A stretch of DNA of 64,000 nucleotides from Eledone cirrhosa (GCA_964016885.1 OZ024752.1:15872001-15936000), one strand, 5' to 3'; positions 26,801 through 39,899 are shown, numbered from the stretch's first letter. Notes: a model not told the origin generated them from the sequence alone. A program made the numbers and translations.

Positions 26801-28760
26801 CACATATATATATATATGTACAGTAGGGTAAGGTCATCCTACGAATCAAATCTCATGCACTAATTGATTGTGTTTTCAAGATTTGTACTGTGCTTCTGAT
26901 AGGGAGGGGAAGTCATGCTCTATTAACTGTGTACGAATTGTCCATTATGGCAAACATTGAGACAAAGTCGGATGCCAAAGAAACATAAGAAGACCTTACG
27001 TTATTATTTTAACAAATCCTCACCGAGTATTATTAATACACATTACAGCCTACTTGTTGCAGTACTTAAGGCTGCACATGTTTTCTCGCGTTATTCCCAT
27101 GGATAACTCAAGTAAAACGCTAACTACAGTGAAGGAGAACAAAGACTTTACACAGTAGCTTCTATGTTACTGTTGATGGTGTATGGCTTTGTGGTTAGTG
27201 TGTTCAGCTCGCAACAGCATTGGGTCAGTTTCATTCCTAGAAGCGTATTGTATCTTTGAATTAGACACATCATTTTACGTTGCATCAATCCAGTTAACTG
27301 GAAAAGATGATTTCTGCCAATGATTCAGAGGGTCAGACTTGTCAGACAATGTGTCTAGATGAATATCTTGAGAATTACATTAAAGAGCACGTGTTTGTGC
27401 TATACTCACCTACATGCACCTTAATCTCTCGAGCACGCTGTTCTGTTATGCTAATAACGGGAACATTTGGCGAGAAACAGTCGGAGATCCTATACAATGC
27501 TGCTTGACTCTACTAAAAGAGTGATACCATCATTGGTGTCGAAATCATTCTGATTTCCATTCGATAGTTGCGGAATAGATTGACTGGCATTGAACGTTGC
27601 AAGCAAAATAAATATAACACTCACATCTTTATGTGTATGTGTGTAGGTTGTGTGTGTATGTGGGTATGTGTGTGTACGTGTGTGAGCTTCTATATTGGCC
27701 ATCAGAGTCCATCATCTGCATTAGAATAGTGAAGAGAATTAATTTAATAGCAAGCTCCAACCCAACGTTAATTTGTAAAATCTCTTTATTTCTCTAAATT
27801 TCTCTAATGTTATGAAGAAAAAAAATGAGAAATTTACCAGAAAATCTTCTGCAGTTAAATAATAACTTTCAGATTTTATGTCCAAATGTGATGATATAGT
27901 TATTTCTTCATGCAGTGTCTATCATTAACATAATTGGAGGAATTGTCGTGCTGTCAAAAATATATTGCTACCTGTTCATATAATTGTTTCTATTGAATAA
28001 TGCAAATACACCCAACGGATGTAGTGAAGTTAATGGTGCATTTGATATGACAATTGTCACGTTATTAGCTGAAAGTTGAGCCTTAGATTCGCACTGGTCT
28101 ATTATAGAATCAGGTTGATACAATGCAGCAAAATTGAGTGGAATGAAATTAACGTTTATTGAAGTAGAAATGGCAGCGGCAATGTTGCGTGGTATAAGTT
28201 CATAGTATTGACACACAGACACACACTCAAACACTCACATACACACTCTTTCTCTCTCTCACACACTCACACACTCACACACAAAACACTCTTTCCCTCT
28301 CTCTCTCTCACACTCACACGCACACACTCTTTCTCTCTCTCTCTCTCACACTCAAACACTCACACTCTTTTTCTCTCCCCCTCTCACACTCACACACTCA
28401 CACACACCCACTCTCTCTCTCACACACACATAAATATAAATATATATATATAGAGAGAGGGGGGAGATGCATATACATGTGAATTGAACAATGAAAATGA
28501 AATAAAAGTGTAAGATATATATATATATATATATATATTTATAATATATATATATAGTAATAATAATAAATGTGAAGACTAAAATCCAAGGAGGGCTCGA
28601 TAAGGATAAATATATATCAAATATATAAGAACCGTTAAGGGTGAAAGCAGCGATTCTTTGCTTAAACTTTAATCTGTTATTTTAATATATATATATATAT
28701 ATTTATACATATATTAAATTGAAGTGAAAGCAACTGGTGCGTGTGTTTCTTATTGGCAAC

Positions 28761-31700
28761 ATGACCCTCCCAAAGTATAACAATATCGGTTTCAACACAC
28801 GATTTCAGATAAAGAATCTTGCTAAACAAATTCAGAAACGAAATATCGTAAGCCTTAGCCAGGCTAACAAGATACTGAAAACCACCATGTTCTGTTGTCT
28901 ACGAAAAACCATAACATCTCGACAACTACACTTCATAAAACTGTGCACCACTTCTAGAATCTACACCAACACCATCAATACCGACGTTAGAAGATTACAA
29001 CTCACCAAAAAACAAGCAGATAGGCTAAAACGAACTTTAATTCTAAACATAAAAAAGAAGATCTATAGAGAATTAAGTCATCAAGAAAAACTAAAGCGTA
29101 ACCTAATAGATGAAATATCTAAAATCACCACACCAGCAGAAAAACTAACATTTATAAGCCTTATACGCCCCGAAGAACAGTACATTACTCAAGAATGTAA
29201 TAAGCACTTTAACATAAAATTAAAGTGGCTTAAACAGGCAAAGCTAAATCGGGATACTATAGAGTATACCAATAGATATCCCGACAAAATTGACGGTATC
29301 AACATGGCCGACACCTCATTATCTGAAGAGTTCAACAATGAAAATACCAACATTTATGGAAACACGGAAATAGATAATAATGAAATGTCTGTGTTACGTC
29401 TGCCACCCAAATTTGCGACATTCAAGAAGGTAAATATGATTAGTTGTCTGTCAGAAATAGAAAAATCATTTACGAAACTACGCTGGAGCATCAAAAACAA
29501 AAACAAAAGCAACAATATACGCACACACATATACAACACACATCCCAACAACAACAGACACACAGACACAAACAACAATAACAACAACAATAGCAACATA
29601 CCCAGATACAACAACAACAATAGCAACATACCCAGATACAACAGACACGCAGACACAAACAACAATAACAACACACACGGAGACAACAATAACAACAACA
29701 CACACATCAACAACAACAACAATAGCAACATACCCAGATACAACAACAACAGACACGCAAACACAAACAACAATAACAACACACACAACAACGATAACAC
29801 ACACACACACGGAGACAACAACAACACACATCAACAACAACAACACACACGCATTCAATGCCTCTCACCACCACCACAATCTTAACAAACACACAGACAC
29901 AGAAAACAAGTAATGACAGTAGCACAGAAATCAGAGAAATAAGAGAAAGTAATAGGATTAAAAGGAAAAGGAGATGGGAGACTAAGGACAAAGAGAATAA
30001 CCAAGACGAACACACAGACACACAAAATAGGGTAGATAACAACATTGAGCCAGTGGAAAGAGACAGGAGTAATTATGAGAGACATAGAAACAACCATGAA
30101 GCTGAGGCTGCTGCTGTTGGTGGAAATAGAAACAACACAACTAACAATAACAATAGCACTAGTACACATAAAGCAGCAGCCTGGAACTCTCCATTTTATA
30201 ACCCCTCCGATAAATCATTCGACCTACGACGAGTCCACGCCACGACTTTGCCATTTAACAAACGCACGCAGTTGCCGTCGCAGGTCGATGAACAAACAGA
30301 AGCACAATTTAGTATAGCTAAATCCGAACTTAGAAATATTATAGAACAGTATAGCAAGAAGCATAATAGAATAGAGGCCCAGCAACTGGGAGAAGAATCT
30401 GCAAATGGCTTGCGTAAGCTCATGCAGCGCTCGCGTAATGGAGAGATAGCATGCTTTCCAACAGACAAGTCTGGCAGAATGTCGGTTGACAGCCTGCCAA
30501 ACTACATCCAGGCAATGCAACCCCACATCACTAACACAAGAGAGGTAACACCACAGGAGCATGAGGATAGAGAAAAAACCCTCAATGCCCATATGGTGAT
30601 GTGGACAAATATAATGCAGCCCAACAAAAGGACTGCCAACAACTTCCAGGCCTGGAACAATGACGTGCCGGCGTTGTATGGGCTTCGAAAAGACCATAAA
30701 ACGGGCTGGGACCCTGTCGCGGGACCACCAACACGGCCAGTCTGTGGGGCTAACATTGCTAGTAACTACAGACTGTCCTACTCCCTCTCCCTGATCATAC
30801 GCCCCATCATTGAGATGTCCCCAGACGTGTGTGACAGCACGGAGGACCTCCTCAGCAGAATCGGCGCGGGTAACCGATCTGGGGACCTAACAAACTGCAT
30901 AATAGGCAGTATGGATGTTGTGTCCCTGTATCCATCTATTGACGTGGAATTTGCTGTGGAGAAATGCGTCGAAATGATCAGCGAGAGCAAGGTTGAGTTC
31001 CGTGGGATTGATACCAGTGAGCTGGGACTTCTACTTAAGCTTACCCATAGTAATAGTTAACTAGACACTTACGACCTTAGCAACCTGTGCCCTACAAGAC
31101 CAGCAAGAGGCAGACCACCTACCATTACCTCAATGGCCAAGAAAACCCACACAGATAGATGGAACGGGTGGACCAGAGCCATACGGACACCCGAAAACCA
31201 CGATGAACTGAAGAAAATGATTGCACATGCGGTAGGGGCCAGCATAAAATTAACCCTTAAGGAACATATGTTCAAATTTAATGGTAAAACATATGCCCAA
31301 GAGGAAGGAGCAGCCATTGGTGTTAGCATTGCAGGCGACATAGCTAACTTATTCATGGTATGGTGGGACAGTAGACTTAAACAAAATCTTAATGAACAAT
31401 TAGAAGACAGCTTAACCCTGATAATGTACTCCCGCTACGTAGATGATATAAACATCGTAGTTAAGACACCTCCACTAAAGAACAGTCAGGAACCAGAGAA
31501 AAACACAATGGAAAGCATCCAGCAAATAGCAAACTCCATCCACCAGAGCATTAGAGTTACTATAGACTACCCAAGTAGACACCCCAACCATCGATTACCT
31601 GTACTAGACACAGAGCTCTGGTTAGATACTATTAACAACCAAAAACAAATCCTCCATTCCCATTATGCCAAACCCATGACTTCCAAACATCTGATCCACC

Positions 31701-32566
31701 GAAACTCGGCCATTTCGGACCATACCAAAATCAACATACTGATTGCGGATTTGGTACGGGTGATGAGAAATGTGTCCCGCATGTGCAACCCCGAAGAACT
31801 AGAGAGACACATACAACACTTCATCCACCGTATGCAGTTCTCTGGCTACAATCAGAGAGATAGAATCAGAGTGCATAAAGGAGCCAGAACCAAATGGGAA
31901 AAAATGGTAAATAATGACATAAATGGGACCTGCCCCTTGTATAGGAGCAAATTTTGGAATAGAATAGAAAGAACTAAGAACAAGGCCAATAGAATAAACT
32001 CATGGTATGATAGCAATAAATACCAGAGTGTAATGTTCATCAATACAACCCCTAGAGGCGAACTAGCCTACAAATTTAGAAGGGCCCTAAAGAAACATAA
32101 TCTCAATATTAAGATAGTAGAAAGACCTGGTACCTCCGTAAAAACACTTATTAGCAAGACATACCCGTTCCAAAGACCCTCATGTATAGATAAGAAATGT
32201 ATAACCTGTAAAATAAGCCCCCATATTAACTGTAAAACTAGAAATGTAGTATATAGCATAAGATGTACTGAAGGACAATGTAGAAACAAAAATAGAGTGT
32301 ACATAGGTGAGACAGCTCGTAGTATAGGGGAACGAATAAATGAACACTGGCGAGACCTCCAAGATAGTAAAGAATCATCTGTGCTCTACCAACATGCTAA
32401 GATAGAACACAGGGGTAAATTAGAGAGCATAGAAATAAAAATAGAATCCACACACAAGAAAGACGCAATGTTTAGGCAAATTACAGAGGCAGTAAGCATA
32501 AAAGAATTAAAACCAAAATTAAATAGAAAATATGAGTGGAACAGCAACATCACAACTTACAATTAA
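28761..32566 (+). pseudogene. PLE ORF broken by a frameshift (~29830-29880) and an in-frame TAA (31058-31060)
   Basis: Three track ORFs join: TDKSG, KDHK..PTRPV, MDVVSLYPSI, GAAIG, RYVDD, YIGET. 31061-31132 is open and in frame with 31133. Confidence 0.88.
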
Positions 32567-32841
32567 GGACAAAATGAAAACACACACACACATAGAACAA
32601 ACAACTTACAATTGAAAACACACAGAAAATGAAAACACACACACACATAGAACAAACAACCAACCAACAATAAATAAATAAATAAACAAACAAATATAAA
32701 TAGAAAAATAGAAAAATGAACACAAACACACACAGACACCCGGATGTGGCGCATGCGCAAACTGAGCACGCAACCCACACACAAACAAAATGGCGTAGGA
32801 TAGAAGAAAGGAAAGGCACAGAAACGAAGAAAGAAATCCCC

Positions 32842-32886
32842 AGTCACTGAAGAGGTCACAGAGTGTGTGACGAAAGAACTATGACT
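32842..32886 (+). ncRNA. Minimal type I hammerhead in PLE pLTR
   Basis: AGTCA-CTGAAGA-G-GTCACA-gagtg-TGTGAC-GAAA-GAAC-TA-TGACT. Confidence 0.8.
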
Positions 32887-33202
32887 ATATATATATAAAC
32901 AACTATCTGGTTGTGGAACCAACCAACCAACCAGAAATTTATAAATTTGTAAATTTATAAATATATAATAAATTAAATTGAAGTGAAAGCAACTGGTACG
33001 TGTGTTTCTTATTGGCAACATGACCCTCCCAAAGTATAACAATATCGGTTTCAACACACGATTTCAGATAAAGAATCTTGCTAAACAAATTCAGAAACGA
33101 AATATTTATACATATAAATATATACTTATATAAATATTTATTTATACATATATATATATTTATTTATACATATATATATATTTATTTATACATATATATA
33201 TA

Positions 33203-34095
33203 ATAGTAAAATGACGATTTGTTATGCCTTCATTACGTTTATTGAGTAGTGACACGCGTTTAACTATTGATCAGCTCAAGGTTCGATCTGTATTGATCTG
33301 GACCGACTCTGGAATCAAACGCTCGTCAGACCTCTGCTGCAGACGACGTAGAATAGCAGGTATTGTTTGGAATCTGTTGGATTGTAGTGTATGTCAGTTT
33401 CAATATTTGTGTCTTTTTTTAAGATTAAGATGTCCAGAAATGGGAGTTGATCTTGGCTGTATTCCATGGTGAATTGGCTGTGGTTATTGATGCCGTTAAT
33501 TAAATTTTTGAAATCATTCAGTTGGTCGAGTGTGTGGGACCAAAGAATGAGACAATCATCCAAGTAGCGTTTCCAATTCTCTGATAAATATTTGTGGAAG
33601 TTCAATCCGTATTTTGATTTGGACTGTTCATATATCTGGACTTCTAAGTATGCCATGACTAAGTTGGCATAAGTTGGGGCGGCTTTTGTACCCATCGCAG
33701 TCCCCGATATTTGCTTGTAAGTACTGCCATCTAAATCCAAAAAGTTGTTCTGTAAGATGAATTTTAATCCCTCGGTGATGAAGCTTTTTTCTATTCTGTC
33801 AGGTATCTCATTGGGATATTTCTCTAGCCAGAATCCTACTGCTTCTAGTCCGTATCGGTGTGGGATCGTTGTGTAGAGATTCACTACATCGAAAGACACA
33901 ATAATAGTGTAGTTGTTGACATGTTTGGGGAGGTGGTTTAAGAGGTCCAGATCGTCTCTTACAAGGCTTGCTATGTGTTTGAGAATTGGTTTTAGTAGTA
34001 TGTCTATAAATGTTGCTCAGTCTGTGTTTCACATTGTGGGCCCGCTACTATTGGTCTTAATTTAAGGTCTGTGGGGTGCTGTGTGTTAACGCGCG
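33203..34095 (-). mobile_element. Internally deleted Neptune-like PLE (RT fragment fused to a hammerhead-bearing 3' end)
   Basis: SFDVVNLYT, GTAMGTKAAPTYANLVM, WKRYLDD. 33203-33335 is related to 59520-59645. Confidence 0.82.
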
Positions 34096-34234
34096 AAATG
34101 TATTATACTTATTGACCAACCAATCAAATTACTTCTCTAAAACCCTGGCGTTTCGAGCCACTTTTTACCATATAAAACAAGTAACATTCAAAGACCAACC
34201 AGATGTGAGAAAAACCACAGACCCTCCATCTCAA

Positions 34235-34278
34235 TTCTACTTTTGAAAAGCAGAAGAACTGCGAAACCGGTAAAGGAA
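34235..34278 (+). ncRNA. Hammerhead motif with U3-A8 core (TTGAAAA)
   Basis: CTT-TTGAAAA-GCAG-aagaa-CTGC-GAAA-CCGG-TA-AAG. The same core occurs at 26145 and in its mirror. Confidence 0.6.
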
Positions 34279-34658
34279 CCAAATATATATATATATTTTT
34301 TTTTTAAATAAGACTCCAGTTGCATTTTCGATTTCAACTTTTATATATATATATATATATGAATGATTCGGTATCTCGAGTAGAAACTTCGATGGAACCG
34401 TATGCAATGGAGCCTGCTACAAAACCTAAAGCTGTCACCGCCTAATCTCGTTGTAACCGTCTCTTCAAGGATGCATTTAGTTTTAGCAACATTATAAGCC
34501 TCATCATTACTAGGGTGCGCAGAAAGACGAACGGATACAAGAAGACACACATATACACAGACACATACACACAGGCACGCACCCTTATACACACATGTAT
34601 GCATGTATAGACGCAAGCAAGCATGCAGAGATAGATACGTTTAAATGAATACACATTT

Positions 34659-34700
<42 letters not shown>

Positions 34701-35349
34701 GGAAGTTCAGCCTAATCGAAGCTCTGGCTGCAGCCAAGCTAACAAATGCAATTGGAATGTGCAGCTAAGCACTCGATAAGGTATTTTACTTTAGAGTAAT
34801 AACATTACGTTTAGACAGCTTGGCAAATTGAAGACTGCGACCGGTAATCCAGCCGCAAGGACCAAAGCAACGAGAAAACCAGCTCAGATTAATTTGACAA
34901 AGCTGGACCATCGGCGTCGATATTAAGCAATATCTCCGGTAAGTTTCTGTAAATCGAAATCAAGAAATCCACTTGCGGAGTATGCAAGTTATTGGTTATG
35001 GAAGATCGAACAGATGTTCCCGTTATCAACAGGTTTCCGTTCTATGTCGCTGTCCGGTGTGAGTTATAGCAGTAAGACTGCTGGCAGTCCCATGGTTTTC
35101 CCAAAGGGAGGTAACCTCGGCTTTTGGCGGTCTAAATTCAAATTTTGAACAAAGAAATAAATTCCTTTCCATAAACCGAATAAAGCTCTCGATCAGACGT
35201 TATTAAACAAACATAAATAATTAACCAATCAATAGAATTGTCTAATTAAATTAATCAATTTATCATTAAGTCTAGAATATAATATTACAAATTGAAGTTC
35301 AGCATATATATGTATGTGTGTGAATAAATATATATATTCATTTATGTAT

Positions 35350-35673
35350 ATAGAAACAAGATGGCGTAGGACAGAACAAAGGAGAGGCACAAAAACAAAG
35401 AAAAGAATCCCCAGTCACTGAAGAGGTCACAGAATGTGTGACGAAAGAACTTTGACAATATATAAACAACCATCTGGTTGTGGAACCAACCAACCAACCG
35501 GAAATTTATAAATTTATAAATTCCTAAATTTATAAATTTATTATAATAAATTGAAGTGAAAGCACTGGTGCATGTGTTTCTTATTGGCAACATGACCCTC
35601 CCAAAGTAAAACAATATCGGTTTCAACACACGTTTTCAGATAAATAATCTTGCTAAACAAATTCAGAAACGAA

Positions 35674-35675
<2 letters not shown>
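35350..35675 (+). mobile_element. Solo PLE family-B 3' pLTR with hammerhead (35414-35456)
   Basis: Similar to 32785-33106. Confidence 0.85.
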
Positions 35676-35743
<68 letters not shown>

Positions 35744-35841
35744 GCATATATATTTGTACATGTATATTTATTTATATTTATTTGTGTATTCGTATATATA
35801 TTTTATATGTATATTCATATATATGTATATGTATATATATA

Positions 35842-36738
35842 CGAGGTGTGTCAGAAAAGTGTCAGGACTGATGTCACAAAAGATTTATTTCAAACCCAAA
35901 CTTCGCACTAAGAGTTTTCTCCTTCAAAGTAATCCCCCTGGAGTCCAATGCACATTTCCATCCTTTTCTGCCACGCTTGCATGCACTCCTGGAAGGATTC
36001 TTCCGGGATCTTCCGCAGTTCCGTCGTCACGGCCTTTTTGATGTCGTTCACGTCTTCAAAACTCGTCCCCTCCGGGTCGTACTAGAAGGTCACATGACTC
36101 ATCACCGGTGATGACTGTCCCTAGCAAGTCTTGTTCGGTTTCAAGACACTGGAGGATGTCCTGGCAAACTTGCATGCGTTGACTCTTCTGGTCATCATTC
36201 AGCAGTTCTGGCATCATCATCGCGCAGACATTCCGCATGTCCAAATCTTCCGTGAGAATCTTCCAGACGCTGTCCCGATTCATAACCCAGCTCATTTGCC
36301 ATCAGTCGAACAGTCAGCCGACGATGGCTACACACTATCTGCTTGGCGCGCTCAACGTTGACCTCAGTCCTGGTTGTTGAGGGCCTTCCACTCCTGGGGT
36401 CATATTCCAAGTCCTCGCGTCCTTCTTTAAACATCTTGCACCACTCAAAAACACGTGAGCGTGACATCGTATCACCTCCATACACTTGCTGCAGCAATCC
36501 CAGTGTTTCTGACGGAGTTTTCAAGTTTGTTCGTTGTTCTGTGCTCATTGTTTGACGACCTGAAACACAGGACATGTATATAAAATTATGAAGAAAAAAG
36601 TTTGATCGCTGCTGAGAACTAAGATTACAGTTACATACTCCAGGGGGATTACTTTGAAGAAGAAAACTCTTGGTGTGAAGTTTGGGTTTGAAATAAATCT
36701 TTTGTGACATCAGTCCTGGAACTTTTCTGACACACCTC

Positions 36739-36739
<1 letters not shown>
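35842..36739 (-). mobile_element. Internally deleted mariner transposon
   Basis: ~100-bp TIRs and TA TSD. HTH region ([21 protein letters not shown]), ITGDES and C-terminal GDYFEG present; most of the catalytic core is missing. Confidence 0.9.
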
Positions 36740-36807
<68 letters not shown>

Positions 36808-37110
36808 TGTGTGTATGCATATGCATATCTGTTTGTGCATGTAGATTTATATATATATTTATTTGTGTATTTATATATATATGTATATATATGTATATAT
36901 GTATATATGTATCTTCATATGTATGTATGCATATGCACATTTATATACGTATGTATATGTATATATATATGTGTGTATATATATATATATATATAATATA
37001 TATATATATATGTATATGTATATTGTATATATATATGTGTGTGTATATATATATATATATATGTATATGTATATTGTATATATATATATATGTATATATA
37101 TATGTATATG

Positions 37111-37180
<70 letters not shown>

Positions 37181-37181
<1 letters not shown>

Positions 37182-37463
37182 AGTATTGAAGTTTCCGTTG
37201 TAAATTGAAAAAGTCATAGGAGTGAAGAGTGCTCTATGTAAGTTATAGAGCTAAATTTAATGTATAATAAACAATACAATATAATTACCTCATTACCAGA
37301 GGTTTCCCGAATAAGACGAATACAAGAAACGTCCTCATTCGTTCGTCAGACAAGGCAATTTCTTGTCTGACGAACGAATGAGGACGTTTCTTGTATTCGT
37401 CTTATTCGGGAAACCTCTGGTAATGAGGTAATTATATTGTATTCTTTATTATACATAAAATTT
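37181..37463. mobile_element. Fold-back pair of hammerhead-bearing ends (HHR 37287-37356 minus, 37362-37429 plus)
   Basis: ~95-bp inverted arms, canonical CTGACGA...GAAACCTCTGGTA. Same family as 4393-5322. Confidence 0.82.
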
Positions 37464-37595
37464 ATATATATATATATATATATTTATATGTATATATATA
37501 TATACGTATATTGTATATATATTATATATATATATATATGTATATATATATAACGTATATTGTATATATATATATATGTATATATATATACGTAT

Positions 37596-37654
<59 letters not shown>

Positions 37655-37689
37655 TCTATATATATATATGTATATATATACGTATATTC

Positions 37690-37721
<32 letters not shown>

Positions 37722-37726
37722 CGTAT

Positions 37727-37763
<37 letters not shown>

Positions 37764-37770
37764 GTATATT

Positions 37771-37810
<40 letters not shown>

Positions 37811-37841
37811 GTATATTGTATATATATATATATATACGTAT

Positions 37842-37876
<35 letters not shown>

Positions 37877-38006
37877 GTATATTATATATACATATATATA
37901 TATATATATACGTATATTGTATATATATATATACGTATATTGTATATATATATATATATATATATACGTATATTGTATATATATATATATATATATATAT
38001 GCGTAT

Positions 38007-38042
<36 letters not shown>

Positions 38043-38045
38043 TAT

Positions 38046-38092
<47 letters not shown>

Positions 38093-38156
38093 TTATATTG
38101 TATATATATATATATATATATATACTTATATTGTATATATATATATATATGCGTAT

Positions 38157-38191
<35 letters not shown>

Positions 38192-38252
38192 GTATATTGT
38201 ATATATATATACATATATATATACATATATTGTATAAATATATATATATATA
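37464..38252. repeat. Higher-order (TA)n satellite punctuated by CGTATATTG
   Basis: Recurrent CGTATATTG/CGTATATTC units separated by variable TA runs. Confidence 0.8.
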
Positions 38253-38563
38253 TATTAATAAGAGGAATTCCAACTTTGTCTGATTTACTCGTTTTATTTA
38301 CAATCCTTTAAAATTAATAATGGTATTATAATGAAATAGTATGGTAGAATATTAAATGTTAAGTGTTAATTGTACAAGTACTTTCATGCTTTCGCAATCT
38401 TCAGGTTCACAATTTTCAGCGAAAGCATGAAAGTACTTGTACAATTAACACTTAACATTTAATATTCTACCATACTATTTCATCATAATACCATTATAAA
38501 TTTTAAAGGATTGTATATAAAACGAGCAAATCAGACAAAGTTGGAATTCATCTTATTAATATA
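38253..38563. mobile_element. Fold-back element (~143-bp arms) with hammerhead at 38369-38413 (-)
   Basis: 38253-38395 inverts 38419-38563. Minus strand reads CTGAAGA-TTGC-gaaa-GCAT-GAAA-GTAC-TT. Confidence 0.75.
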
Positions 38564-38612
38564 ATCTTCTATACACAATCATACACACCCGTGTATATTT
38601 ATCTATCTATCT

Positions 38613-39899
38613 ATGAGCCGGGACAAGTCGATCGGTCTGCAACTCGGCACGTGGAGGGGCAGATCGATGCCCTCCGATGGCGTCGTCGGGCGCTGGACGG
38701 AGGGCCCGGTGAAGTTGCTCGGGGTCTGGTTCGGACCAGACCTCCAGGTGGAGAAGAACTGGGGTGAGGTGACGAACAGGGTGTTTGCACTGACCCAGAA
38801 GTGGGCCGAGTGCAAACTGTCCCTGAAAGGACGGGCGGAGGTGGCGAACACTTATATAGCGTCCGTCATCTACTACCGCCTGACCGTTGTGCCTTGCCAA
38901 AGGGAAACGCTCGCCAAAATGGAGCGCGCACTCTTCCAATTCCTTTGGAAGGAGCGGGCTCCTATGGTGAGGAGATCCATCTGCTGTCAACACCCTTCGA
39001 AAGGAGGGCTGATGATGCCGTGGCTAATGATACGTAAACACGCATTAAGGCTACGGCACCTTCAGGTATTCCTCTCCGGTCAACCGGTGTGGGCCCCGTT
39101 TGTGAGGCGAGCCTTTCCCAGACTCGTCTCACTCACCGAGCTGCAATCCTGGGTCAAGCAAAGACCGAGAAAACTGGTCGCCTGGCACACCGAGTGTGCC
39201 CAGGCACTCACGGCTCTCTGGCAGGCGGACCCGGCTGTCAGTGGAGAATCCACCTCGTCATTCTATAGAGGGCTGGTGGTTAGCAGGTGCGACGACGCCC
39301 TCGGAGAAGCCCTAGGCATGGAGGAAGACGAACTGGACAACCTGTTCGGTAGGACATTCAGCCCGGGACCCATGGATAACTTCCAGATGTCCCTGGCCTG
39401 GCAATGCTACAGAAGGGCTATGCCCGTTCTAGAAAGGTTCTACAGACACGGGCGCCCGGGTAGGGACCCATCGAAAAAGATCTGTCCCAGATGCGTGTGC
39501 GACGAGGAAACAGTTGCACACGCATTGGTACACTGCTCGGGCATTGCCGATCTGTGGGGTTATGTCGAACAACTGCTGTCAAGGGTGGGACCAATCCGGT
39601 TGACCACCGAGTCTATTGTAACGATCAAGCCGCCTCCCCTCTTCAAAAACGAAGGAGAGGCGGTGTTTCTGTGCGTAATAGCCATGGCGAAAGAGGTTGT
39701 ATGGTGGACGCGTCTGAAAGGACTGAGGTCAGACACCTTTCTCTCTGGCCAACAACTGGTCCGTTTCTGCCGATATCATTTCGGAAGAAGGATCAGATTG
39801 GAGAGAGAGGTGCTGCACCCCAGCCGTTTCTATGAAAGATGGGTGAAAGTGGCGAGAATGGCCCGTGTGAATGGGCCTTCACTCTACATCAGACTATAG
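38613..39899 (+). CDS. Tx1/L1-clade LINE ORF2 C-terminal part (RT thumb plus CCHC zinc finger); element ~38614-40162
   Basis: VKLLGVWFG, LSLKGRA, FLWK, KGGL, CPRC..ETVAHALVHC. 3' UTR with AATAAA; (ATCT)n on both sides. Confidence 0.88.
   Translation: MSRDKSIGLQLGTWRGRSMPSDGVVGRWTEGPVKLLGVWFGPDLQVEKNWGEVTNRVFALTQKWAECKLSLKGRAEVANTYIASVIYYRLTVVPCQRETLAKMERALFQFLWKERAPMVRRSICCQHPSKGGLMMPWLMIRKHALRLRHLQVFLSGQPVWAPFVRRAFPRLVSLTELQSWVKQRPRKLVAWHTECAQALTALWQADPAVSGESTSSFYRGLVVSRCDDALGEALGMEEDELDNLFGRTFSPGPMDNFQMSLAWQCYRRAMPVLERFYRHGRPGRDPSKKICPRCVCDEETVAHALVHCSGIADLWGYVEQLLSRVGPIRLTTESIVTIKPPPLFKNEGEAVFLCVIAMAKEVVWWTRLKGLRSDTFLSGQQLVRFCRYHFGRRIRLEREVLHPSRFYERWVKVARMARVNGPSLYIRL

Larger units (their letters stand above)
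28712..33106 (+). mobile_element. Near-full-length Penelope-like element (family B)
   Basis: Direct repeat 28712-28846 = 32972-33106, RT plus GIY-YIG, hammerhead in 3' pLTR, (TA)n flanks. Confidence 0.93.

Noticed and set aside
29354-30045. Cys/Val/Leu-rich minus-strand ORFs
   Set aside because: Antisense readings of the AAC-rich tract in the PLE ORF.
31058-31060. In-frame stop as possible selenocysteine or programmed read-through
   Set aside because: The codon is TAA, not TGA, and the element also has a frameshift; simple inactivation is more likely.
36807-38311. Long YI/IY/CV-rich ORFs (also 55.8-56.3 kb, 57.4-59.5 kb and elsewhere)
   Set aside because: Translations of (TA)n and (TG)n microsatellites.
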